From assembly GCA_030643245.1 (NCBI GenBank), contig DAOWME010000001.1:1-45989 (forward strand): 45,989 bases of DNA, written 5' to 3'. Made by a program: the position numbers and the translations under genes. This document shows positions 9,142-16,949 of this stretch, piece by piece (position 1 is the stretch's first letter; every line of letters begins with the position of its first letter). The notes beneath the pieces are model-generated. The model made no database searches and was not told where the DNA came from. It saw nothing but the letters and a program-made list of their open reading frames with translations. This stretch comes from Deltaproteobacteria bacterium. GTDB taxonomy: Bacteria; Desulfobacterota; UBA8473.

Positions 9142-9537
9142 ATGTCAAATCACCCTCACCCTCATAATTTACAAACAACCCCGGCGAGTTATCATGTTTA
9201 CAAATCTTCCACGAGACCTTATTCCGGCACGACGCTCTTGAACGCAGGGATCTTTGGAACCATTGTGGGAGGAACAGCCGCCCTCGGAATGAATCTACAC
9301 AAGGTCCGCGACAACGAGATGACTGCAAAAGAGGCCGTTATCGACAGCCTTGCTAAAGGCGCGGGTGCAGGCGTGGCTACAGCGGCTGCCACTGCTGTTG
9401 CATCCTCAGCAGGTGGCGGTGGCCTTCTCTCTCTGGCCTTTATGGTGGCAACTGCCACAGGAGTCGGTTATGTTCTGCATTCAGTGGGGAAATCGGTTTC
9501 TGAAAAGGTAGTCAGCACTTCGGAGAAATCATCATAG
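9142..9537 (+). CDS. MamC (Mms13/Mam12)-like two-TM membrane protein
   Basis: 131 aa with an AAGGAG SD. GIFGTIVGGTAALGMNLHKVRDNEMTAKEAVIDSLAKGAGAGVATAAATAVASSAGGGGLLSL aligns by eye with MamC [63 protein letters not shown] (recalled from memory). Confidence 0.6.
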   Translation: MSNHPHPHNLQTTPASYHVYKSSTRPYSGTTLLNAGIFGTIVGGTAALGMNLHKVRDNEMTAKEAVIDSLAKGAGAGVATAAATAVASSAGGGGLLSLAFMVATATGVGYVLHSVGKSVSEKVVSTSEKSS

Positions 9538-9572
9538 GGAAGTTTCAGTCTTTTAAAGAAAGGAGCAAAGAA

Positions 9573-9929
9573 ATGATTAAACACCATACACTTAATCCTT
9601 CTCCCGATATGTATCCCATGAACCAGCCCGGTCAAATGCTCAATGATCCCCGTTCGCATGACGCCAATCTACAGAGAACAGATTACACACAGATGAGCAC
9701 ACCTGCTGATACTTCCATCTTAGGCGTTAATTTCCATGACCAGCAGTTCTGGAAAGGGGCATTGCTGGGAGCGGCAGTTACACTCATTGTTACTAATGAA
9801 ACCGTGCAAAAGGGAATCATAAAGACCGTGGCGAAGCTCTATGGTTCAATGCAGAGCGGTGTGCAGGAGATAAAGGAGAAGTTTGAGGATGTTCAGGCGG
9901 AGCTGAAGCATAACGCCAAAGAGAAATAA
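9573..9929 (+). CDS. YtxH-like small membrane-associated protein, paralogue of the C-terminus of ORF 7980-8954
   Basis: 118 aa with an AAAGGAG SD. VNFHDQQFWKGALLGAAVTLIV..VQKGI matches LNFRDDQFWKGAIAGVIVAMLL..VKQGL. The N-terminus is rich in P/Q/M/N. Confidence 0.65.
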   Translation: MIKHHTLNPSPDMYPMNQPGQMLNDPRSHDANLQRTDYTQMSTPADTSILGVNFHDQQFWKGALLGAAVTLIVTNETVQKGIIKTVAKLYGSMQSGVQEIKEKFEDVQAELKHNAKEK

Positions 9930-9971
9930 CAAAAGAAGAGTTGAGGTTGCGACAAAGGTAGGGAAGATAAA

Positions 9972-10160
9972 GTGAATAAAAACACGATTAAGAGTGTGAC
10001 AAAGGCAGGAATGGTAGTCTCCTTGGCCGGTCTTGTGTTGACCGCTCTTGGAAAGGGCCGGCGATCCAAATTGCAACACACATGGGCCGGTATTTCACTT
10101 ATCGGCTTTTCCGTCTGGCATTACAACACATACCGGAGTCCCGGCCGGAGGCAGACATAA
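9972..10160 (+). CDS. Small two-TM membrane protein (hypothetical)
   Basis: 62 aa with a GTG start. Two hydrophobic helices (GMVVSLAGLVLTAL, WAGISLIGFSVW) separated by a basic loop KGRRSK. Weak SD. Confidence 0.4.
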   Translation: MNKNTIKSVTKAGMVVSLAGLVLTALGKGRRSKLQHTWAGISLIGFSVWHYNTYRSPGRRQT

Positions 10161-10206
10161 AACAACAATTTGAATGTATATGAAATCCCATGTGTAAAAG
10201 GTAAAA

Positions 10207-10291
10207 GGTATAGGGTGTAAGGATCAAGGATCAACATGCAAGCTGTATAGTATGGTCAATTCCTTAAGCCGTGTACCTTGAACCCTATGCC
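10207..10291. repeat. Hairpin of the GGCATAGGG..AAGG repeat family
   Basis: ggtatagggtgtaagg (10207-10222) pairs with ccttgaaccctatgcc (10276-10291) at 13/16, with a ~53-nt loop. Confidence 0.45.
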
Positions 10292-10330
10292 TCGTTTAGC
10301 TTTAATATACTATCTATGGGAGGTAATACA

Positions 10331-10507
10331 ATGGTACATTTACCTTTATTCTTCAGTCCCATCGGATGGATTGTGCTTGGCGCAGCAGGTTACCTATTAT
10401 ATCAGTCCGGTAAAAAAGCAGGGGGAAAAGAAAGAAACGAAAATATCCTGTCCGGTCCTTCAAAAGAAATACAGGAAAGAGAACCGTCCGAGCGAAAGGA
10501 GGTCTAA
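10331..10507 (+). CDS. Small single-TM glycine-zipper protein
   Basis: 58 aa from the ATG at 10331 (GGGAGG 7 nt upstream). Sequence MVHLPLFFSPIGWIVLGAAGYLLYQSGKK followed by a charged tail. Confidence 0.55.
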   Translation: MVHLPLFFSPIGWIVLGAAGYLLYQSGKKAGGKERNENILSGPSKEIQEREPSERKEV

Positions 10508-10508
10508 A

Positions 10509-10781
10509 ATGTCAAATCCGGCTTTTTGGGTTGGGATAAGAACCCCCTTAGGCCTCCTGGCCATTGGAGGTTTAGGGTATATTCTTTACAAGATCGGTGG
10601 TAAAAAAAAGAACAGGTCAACGGAAGAGGATGAAGAAAGCCTTTCGGACAAGGCTGTAAAAGGCGCCATTAAGACTGTCTGTAAGGCCAAACTAGGGGTG
10701 GAAAAAGCCCTGGAAGAAAAAAAGAAACGGTTTTCTGAGATGTGGTCTGAGGCCAAAGAGGATATGCGGGAAAAGGGATAA
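10509..10781 (+). CDS. Small single-TM glycine-zipper protein, paralogue of 10331-10507
   Basis: 90 aa from the ATG at 10509 (AAGGAGG upstream). LGLLAIGGLGYILYKIGGKKK followed by a Lys/Glu-rich helical tail. Shares a G-x-x-GY(L/I)LY motif with the upstream gene. Confidence 0.6.
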   Translation: MSNPAFWVGIRTPLGLLAIGGLGYILYKIGGKKKNRSTEEDEESLSDKAVKGAIKTVCKAKLGVEKALEEKKKRFSEMWSEAKEDMREKG

Positions 10782-10918
10782 GGCAGAAGGTATGCGAGTA
10801 TACCCTGCACCTTAAGCAATGCCCTTTAGGCATTTTGTAATCGTTCAGAGGGTGCAATCGGCATGGTGCAGGGAAAATACCAAATATTGAAGAGTTACCT
10901 TTACTGGATCATCGTGCA

Positions 10919-11083
10919 TTAGGGACGAGGCCGAAATAACTTCCTCAAGTTGGCGCTCAGATTTAGGTCAGATTTTTTCGATCTGAAAATACAAAACCAC
11001 AGGAATAGTCTTTCCTATTTCGAGGATTTTGTGTTTGAAGATCGGGCAAAGATGGCCTGAAGATAAGAAACTTCGTGGGGAAC
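10919..11083 (+). repeat. Intergenic hairpin repeat (MITE/ERIC-like), copy 1, right end degenerate
   Basis: ttagggacgaggccgaaataacttcctcaagttggcgctcagatttaggtcag... matches the other copies up to gatggcctgaagat, then diverges. Confidence 0.85.
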
Positions 11084-11122
11084 ACATAGGGGAACACAGA
11101 AGGATAATACAGGGCATTTGAC

Positions 11123-11167
11123 ATAGAAACAGCAGATTAGTCTCTCTCTCTAACCTGCTGTTTCTAT
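11123..11167 (-). terminator. Strong hairpin downstream of tRNA-Pro (possible terminator, no clear U-tract)
   Basis: atagaaacagcag (11123-11135) pairs with ctgctgtttctat (11155-11167). The stem extends with G-U pairs to ~18 bp around a (tc)n loop. Confidence 0.35.
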
Positions 11168-11175
11168 TTACTTTA

Positions 11176-11252
11176 TGGTCGGGACGACTGGATTTGAACC
11201 AGCGACCCCCTGAACCCCATTCAGGTGCGCTACCAGGCTGCGCCACGTCCCG
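11176..11252 (-). tRNA. tRNA-Pro (anticodon GGG)
   Basis: 77-nt cloverleaf read by eye: CGGGACG acceptor, GCGC D-stem, CCTGA/ATGGGGT/TCAGG anticodon arm, GCTGG-TTCAAAT-CCAGT T-arm, encoded CCA. Confidence 0.9.
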
Positions 11253-11268
11253 ATAAGATTGTCAAGAT

Positions 11269-11652
11269 TTACTCCAGAATGTCTCTTATTACCTTCAACT
11301 CGTTCTTTATGTCATCCAACAGTTCCCTATATCCCTCTCCAGAAAGAGTAAATTTTGCCTCTCTATCCTCCTGGGAATTGGACTTCCTGAGCTTCTTCTT
11401 GGCCCCAGCTATGGTAAATTTCTCATTGTAAAGCAGGTTTTTTATCTCTAATATTGATTCCAGGTCTTTTCGTATGTAAAGTCTCTGCCTGGACTTGGTG
11501 CGAGAAGGCTTGACCAGGTTAAATTCGGACTCCCAATACCTCAAGACGTATGGCTCTACACCAACAATCTCGCTTACTTCCCCTATCTTGAAATATAGTT
11601 TATCAGGTATGCCTAAACCCCTTTTGTCTGCCCCTTGCTCTTTATCTTTCAT
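11269..11652 (-). CDS. MerR-family transcriptional regulator
   Basis: From the internal ATG at 11652 (MKDKEQG..). [34 protein letters not shown] is a MerR HTH. It occupies the usual position after ihfA in this conserved block. Confidence 0.8.
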   Translation of the reverse strand: MKDKEQGADKRGLGIPDKLYFKIGEVSEIVGVEPYVLRYWESEFNLVKPSRTKSRQRLYIRKDLESILEIKNLLYNEKFTIAGAKKKLRKSNSQEDREAKFTLSGEGYRELLDDIKNELKVIRDILE

Positions 11653-11829
11653 TTTATTTCTTTGAACTGTAAAAGTCAATGTCAATAAGACGGCGGCAGC
11701 AATTCTAATTAGTTTCCATCCAGTAATGTCACTTTTTCGCAACCTCCTGCGTGAGCCTGCGGGTTTGTTTGTGCAGCGTACGCGTCTTAACAGAACAGGC
11801 AACGAAAAAATATGTCGTTAATGAAGCGG

Positions 11830-12016
11830 TTAGGGTCTGTCATGGAATAAGTGTTGCATATGGGCGCTCAGATTTAGGTCAGATTTGTACGATCCGAAAA
11901 TGCAATACCGGAGGAATAGTTGAACCTATTTCGAGGATTTTGTGTTTGAGGATCGTGCAAAGATGGCCTGAAGATGAGATGCACAGATGTGATACTTATT
12001 CCATGACAGACCCTAA
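11830..12016 (+). repeat. Intergenic hairpin repeat, copy 2 (variant termini)
   Basis: The core matches the family. The terminal arms ttagggtctgtcatggaataagt / acttattccatgacagaccctaa are a perfect 23-bp inverted repeat that differs in sequence from other copies. Confidence 0.9.
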
Positions 12017-12097
12017 GCCACAATCAGAATTACCCACCAGAATCTACAGTGATCTTACCCACTCCCCATTAATGCAACGTACTATGATATGAGGATC

Positions 12098-12373
12098 TCA
12101 GTTATTTAACATTCTCTTTAATACCTGACTTGGTCTAAATGTAAGCACTCTCCTGGCGGAGATTTCAATTTCATCCCCGGTTTGCGGGTTCCTGCCTCTT
12201 CGAGGGTCCTTATCTCTAAGGGTGAAATTTCCAAAGCCAGAGATCTTCACATTCTCGCCGGTTTCTAATTTCTCCTTTATAATTTCAAAGACCGTCTCCA
12301 CAATCTTTGCTGATTCCTTCTTGGAGATCCCAACGTTCTCATAAACGTTTTCAATGATATCTGCTTTTGTCAT
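12098..12373 (-). CDS. ihfA: Integration host factor subunit alpha
   Basis: 91 aa. [10 protein letters not shown]...GFGNF.LRDK..R.GRNP.TGDEI.I.ARRV.TFRPS is the HU/IHF signature, and the gene sits directly after pheT. Confidence 0.85.
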   Translation of the reverse strand: MTKADIIENVYENVGISKKESAKIVETVFEIIKEKLETGENVKISGFGNFTLRDKDPRRGRNPQTGDEIEISARRVLTFRPSQVLKRMLNN

Positions 12374-12388
12374 AACTCCCCCTCTAAT

Positions 12389-14797
12389 CTATAACCTTAT
12401 CCTGGCTCCCATATCTTCCAGCACTTTGGAGACCAATTTCTTATGTGCCTTATTTACCTCTTGGTCTGTTAGTGTACGCTTGAAAGACTGGTATTTAATG
12501 CGATAGGCGAGACTCTTTTCCCCCGAAGCGATAGGTTCCCCTTCGTATACGTCAAAAACCTGGATCTCCTTGACAAGCGAATTGTTGCATCCGATGATCG
12601 CATCATAGATGTCTCTTGATTGAACATCTTCTTTCACTATCAATGCCATGTCCCTGTAAATTGGTGGATATTTTGATAGAAGATTAATCTTCTTCTTACT
12701 AAAAGCATGTTTAACCAGTAGATCAAAATCTATTTCGAAGATATGCGCAGTTTTCGATAGATCATGGTTTTCCAAGACTTCGGAATGAACTTCCCCTAGG
12801 AAACCAATTTGAGTGTCCCCAATCATGATTGTAGAGGATTTGCCGGGATGTAAATAGGGGATATCTCCCGCACATGAGAAATTACAACCCCTTATGTTTA
12901 ATGCTCTAAAGAGATTTTCCAGGCTCCCTTTGATATCATAATAATCGATCTCGTCCCCGGAAAAATTCCAGGCTTCAACATATCTCAGGCCTGTCACCAG
13001 AGCAGATAACATCCTTTTCTCTATTGGAAGTTTATCTTCTTTGTTTGGAAAAAATACTGTTCCTATTTCGAAGAGTTTCAAGTCAGAGTTCTTATTGTAA
13101 ACATTGGTCTTCATAGTTCTTAGAAGCCCAGGGATCAGAGTGGTTCTCATGATTGACTGCTCTTCACTCAAGGGGTTCTTTATCCTGATGAATTTATGAA
13201 AAGGATGGTTAGCATCTACACCCAATGAGGTTATCAACTTAGGAGAGATAAAACTGTAATTCACAACCTCATAGTATCCCAATGATATCAGGACATACTT
13301 GACCTTATCCTCCGCGACCCACGCTGAACTCCTCCTGCCCGAGGTGACCCTTGCCAGGGGGGTAGTGGTGGGGATATTATCGTAACCATTAAGTCTGGCC
13401 ACTTCTTCAATGAGGTCAATCTCCCGATTCAAATCTACCCTCAGAGGAGGCACCCTGACGATCAACTTGTCCCTATCCAGATTTTTGTTGTCAAGCTCAA
13501 TGGCTTTAAGGTATCTTCTGACCCTTTCTTTCTCCAGGGAAGTGCCCAGTATCTTATTTATTCTCCTTATACTCAAAGTGATCTCCTTAGGGAGAAAAGG
13601 CGATGGACATTGATCTATTATCCCTTGAGCCACTTTACCGTCACAAAGGTCCGCGATCATCTGGGTAGTTATATTCAAAGCATTGATAACACCTTCCGGG
13701 TCTACCCCCCTCTCAAACCTATACGAGGCCTCTGTCTGTAAACCAAGTTTCTTAGAGGTCTTCCTAATATTGGACGGATCGAAGTAAGCGCTCTCAATAA
13801 GCACATTGGAAGTAGTCTCCGAGACTTCCGAGTTTAACCCGCCCATTATGCCACCGATAGCCACTGGCTTTTCGCCGTCACAAATCATCAGTGCATCACC
13901 CTGGAGAGTCCTCTCCAAGCGATCTAGTGTGGCGAAAGTGTCGCCATCCTTCGCTCGCTTTACCACAATCCTTTTTTCACTGAGCAGGTCAAAATCGAAG
14001 GCATGGAGAGGTTGACCAAACGCCATAAGGACGTAGTTGGTGACATCCACTACATTACAGATTGGGCGTACTCCAACGGATTCCAGCCTTCTCCGAATCC
14101 AAAACGGGGAGGTACCGACAGCAACATCACTAATCAATCTGGCAGAATACCTGGGACACAATTCAGGGTCCCGTACGTCAACAGAGGTCAAGTCATGGAT
14201 CCTTCCATCTTCCTCTCTTACCTCTATCGACGGTATTTTCAATACCTTACCCGTGACTGCTGCCACCTCTCTGGCCAGGCCTGCGATACTCAAGCAATCC
14301 GGCCGGTTTGGGGTAATGTTGAGATCGAAGATATGGTCCTCCAGGTTAAGGGCAGAAACAATATCCATACCTAATACCAAGTCATCCTCTAAAATCATTA
14401 TCCCGCTGGAATCCTCTCCAATTCCCAGTTCTTCTTCAGAACACATCATGCCTTCGGATAGCTCTCCCCTGATGCCGGCTTTCCTGATTTTCATGCTGTT
14501 TGGAAGCAAAGCCCCCTCCAACGCAAGTGGAACCTTGTCTCCAACTTTCATATTCCGGGCGCCGCACACAACAGGAAAGGTTCCATCACCTATACTCACC
14601 TGGCATAAAGAGAGCTTGTCAGCATTTGGATGGGACTTTATGGACAAGACCTTGCCTACAACCACATGGCTTAAGTCTTCCTCTATCTTAATGACACTTT
14701 CCACCTCCAGACCGGCCATCGTAAGGACATCTGCCAACTCAACCGGCGTAAGATCAATATCAACAAACTCCTTGAGCCAGTTCAAGCTTGCTCTCAT
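12389..14797 (-). CDS. pheT: Phenylalanine--tRNA ligase beta subunit
   Basis: 802 aa. N-terminal MRASLNWLKEFVDI, tRNA-binding, B3/4 and B5 domains, and C-terminal FDVYEG....KSLAYR. Confidence 0.95.
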   Translation of the reverse strand: MRASLNWLKEFVDIDLTPVELADVLTMAGLEVESVIKIEEDLSHVVVGKVLSIKSHPNADKLSLCQVSIGDGTFPVVCGARNMKVGDKVPLALEGALLPNSMKIRKAGIRGELSEGMMCSEEELGIGEDSSGIMILEDDLVLGMDIVSALNLEDHIFDLNITPNRPDCLSIAGLAREVAAVTGKVLKIPSIEVREEDGRIHDLTSVDVRDPELCPRYSARLISDVAVGTSPFWIRRRLESVGVRPICNVVDVTNYVLMAFGQPLHAFDFDLLSEKRIVVKRAKDGDTFATLDRLERTLQGDALMICDGEKPVAIGGIMGGLNSEVSETTSNVLIESAYFDPSNIRKTSKKLGLQTEASYRFERGVDPEGVINALNITTQMIADLCDGKVAQGIIDQCPSPFLPKEITLSIRRINKILGTSLEKERVRRYLKAIELDNKNLDRDKLIVRVPPLRVDLNREIDLIEEVARLNGYDNIPTTTPLARVTSGRRSSAWVAEDKVKYVLISLGYYEVVNYSFISPKLITSLGVDANHPFHKFIRIKNPLSEEQSIMRTTLIPGLLRTMKTNVYNKNSDLKLFEIGTVFFPNKEDKLPIEKRMLSALVTGLRYVEAWNFSGDEIDYYDIKGSLENLFRALNIRGCNFSCAGDIPYLHPGKSSTIMIGDTQIGFLGEVHSEVLENHDLSKTAHIFEIDFDLLVKHAFSKKKINLLSKYPPIYRDMALIVKEDVQSRDIYDAIIGCNNSLVKEIQVFDVYEGEPIASGEKSLAYRIKYQSFKRTLTDQEVNKAHKKLVSKVLEDMGARIRL

Positions 14798-14813
14798 TCA
14801 GCACTCCAATCCG

Positions 14814-15830
14814 TCAAAACTGCCCCAAAAATCTCATATCGTTTTCAAAGAACAGCCTGATATCACTGATCCCATACTTCAACATGGCGATCCTCTCAAT
14901 ACCCAGACCAAAAGCAAACCCCACAACTTCATTCGGGTTATACCCCACTATTCTAAAGACCTCAGGGTCAACCATGCCTGCCCCCAGAATCTCCATCCAC
15001 CCAGAGGAAGAACAGACCCTACAACCGTTTCCCTGACACATAACACACGCTATATCCACTTCTGCGCTTGGTTCAGTAAAAGGGAAGAAACTCGGTCGAA
15101 ATCTCACTTTAGTCTTGGCACCAAACATCTCATGGAGGAATATGGTCAGTATACCCTTCAGGTCCCCAAATGTAATATTGTCTCCCACCATAAGGCCCTC
15201 AACCTGATGGAACATGGGGGTGTGCGAAACATCAGAATCGCATCTGAAGACCTTTCCCGGGGCAATAATCTGAATAGGAGGTTCTTGCTTCTCCATCAGT
15301 CGAATCTGTACCGGAGAAGTATGGGTTCTCAGGAGGACCTCGTCGGATATGTAAAACGTGTCATGCATATCCCTTGCAGGATGGTCCTTAGGGATGTTCA
15401 ATGCCTCAAAATTATAATAGTCCGATTCAACCTCAGGGCCCTCAGAGATTTGAAAACCCAGCCCTAAAAAAATCTCTATCACTTCGTCACAGACTTCAGA
15501 GATGGGATGCTTCCTACCTGTGGGTACCCTTCTACCAGGGAGGGTTATATCCAGTTTCTCATGGAAGAGCCGTTCTTTCATTTTCCGTGCTTGTATGGAA
15601 GCTAATGACTCTCTTATCTTTTCTTCTAAAGAAAGCTTTATCTCGTTGGCAAGCCGGCCCACAATAGGTCTTTGTTCCGGTGATACATTAGCCAATCCTC
15701 TTAAAAGGGCCGTGATCTTCCCCTTTCTCCCCAAAAACTCGGTACGTACTTGGGTTACCTGACTTTCCTCCCCGGCAACTTTCAGGTTTCCTAAAGCCTC
15801 TCCAAATAACTTCTCTAGTTCTTCTTTCAT
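14814..15830 (-). CDS. pheS: Phenylalanine--tRNA ligase alpha subunit
   Basis: 338 aa from the ATG at 15830 (MKEELEKL..). Class II motifs (HPARDMHDTFY, FRPSFFPFTEPS, GFAFGLGIERIAMLKYGI). Confidence 0.95.
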   Translation of the reverse strand: MKEELEKLFGEALGNLKVAGEESQVTQVRTEFLGRKGKITALLRGLANVSPEQRPIVGRLANEIKLSLEEKIRESLASIQARKMKERLFHEKLDITLPGRRVPTGRKHPISEVCDEVIEIFLGLGFQISEGPEVESDYYNFEALNIPKDHPARDMHDTFYISDEVLLRTHTSPVQIRLMEKQEPPIQIIAPGKVFRCDSDVSHTPMFHQVEGLMVGDNITFGDLKGILTIFLHEMFGAKTKVRFRPSFFPFTEPSAEVDIACVMCQGNGCRVCSSSGWMEILGAGMVDPEVFRIVGYNPNEVVGFAFGLGIERIAMLKYGISDIRLFFENDMRFLGQF

Positions 15831-15915
15831 AAAAAAACCTGAAAAACCTTCCAGTTGGAAACTGGATAAATCCCCAGTCAAGTCAAGACAAAGAGGTCAA
15901 AAAACTTCGGGCAGC

Positions 15916-16126
15916 TAAGGTGCGGGTCCGAAATAACTTCCTCAAGTTGGCGCTCAGATTTAGGTCAGATTTGTTCGATCTGAAAATACAAGACCACAGG
16001 AATAGTCTTACTTATTTCTAGGATTTTGTGTTTGAAGATCGGTCAAAGCCTGTCCTCGACCCCGATCGGGGGATGGCCTGAAGATGAGATGTACAAATGG
16101 GGAAGTTATTTCGGCCTCGCCCCTAA
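15916..16126 (+). repeat. Intergenic hairpin repeat, copy 3 (long form with a 26-nt internal insertion)
   Basis: Full-length copy between rplT and pheS. Carries the agcctgtcctcgaccccgatcggggg insertion that is also present in copy 5. Confidence 0.9.
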
Positions 16127-16248
16127 GCCACCTTTTCCCGTTGTCTAGAACGTTCCTCGATACCTAAAGCTAAAGTCTTCGCAGGGCGAATCTTGCGAAG
16201 AAGAAACCGTAAGGACATTTTTGATGATGGAATTTCTCAAGGTTGGTC

Positions 16249-16602
16249 TCAGATGTTCTCTTTGGCAAGGTGGACAATCCTCGAAAATCCTTGGGGATCA
16301 AACACAGCCAGATCAGCCAGGATTTTCCTATCAATCTCTATATTGGTTTTCTTTAAACCATTCATTAACTTGCTGTATGAAACTCCGTCTAATCTCGCAG
16401 CCGCATTAATCCTAGTAATCCATAACCTTCTGAAATCTCGCTTCTTAGTCCTTCTATCTCTATAGGCATAATTCAATGCCCTGTCAACAGCTTCCGTGGC
16501 GGTTCTAAACAGCTTGCTCCTGGCTCCACGGTACCCTTTGGCCAGCTTTAGTATCCTCTTTCTCCTCTTTATCTTCTTATTTCCTCTTCTCACCCTTGGC
16601 AT
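16249..16602 (-). CDS. rplT: 50S ribosomal protein L20
   Basis: 117 aa. [33 protein letters not shown]. Confidence 0.97.
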   Translation of the reverse strand: MPRVRRGNKKIKRRKRILKLAKGYRGARSKLFRTATEAVDRALNYAYRDRRTKKRDFRRLWITRINAAARLDGVSYSKLMNGLKKTNIEIDRKILADLAVFDPQGFSRIVHLAKENI

Positions 16603-16723
16603 CTTAAACCTTTCTCAGTGTGCACACTGGCCGGCAGACCAATGTGCTGATGGCCCCTCAACACATAAGATTAGAGGGTATTAGCTTATATATCTCGTTA
16701 CAGAACAGGAACAGGCTGCTAAT

Positions 16724-16921
16724 TTACGCATAAGGTAAAAGCCTCTTCAGACCCTTTGCATCGACTTTATCGATGTATCCTCCCTGTCGCAGACCCCGTT
16801 TACGTTTAGTCGATTTTTTTGTCAGGATATGGTTTGCATAGGCCTTACTTCTCTTTATTCTACCCGACTTTGTCAACTTGAACCGCTTGGCAGCCCCCTT
16901 TTTGGTCTTCAGCTTAGGCAT
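16724..16921 (-). CDS. rpmI: 50S ribosomal protein L35
   Basis: 65 aa from the ATG at 16921 ([24 protein letters not shown]). The longer track ORF is an upstream extension. Confidence 0.95.
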   Translation of the reverse strand: MPKLKTKKGAAKRFKLTKSGRIKRSKAYANHILTKKSTKRKRGLRQGGYIDKVDAKGLKRLLPYA

Positions 16922-16949
16922 AAACAACTCCTTTAATATTATCGAATCC

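Noticed and set aside
10968-11246. 92-aa - strand ORF here, and a 75-aa ORF at 19614-19841.
   Set aside because: They run through tRNA-Pro plus repeat copy 1, and through tRNA-Val, respectively. They are artefacts of open frames over RNA genes and repeats.
14037-15467. 476-aa + strand ORF, plus 14003-14374, 13806-14015 and other long ORFs opposite pheT/pheS.
   Set aside because: They are antisense shadows of strongly supported aminoacyl-tRNA synthetase genes. Composition is Ser/Pro/Leu-rich and low in complexity, with no SD or recognisable motif.
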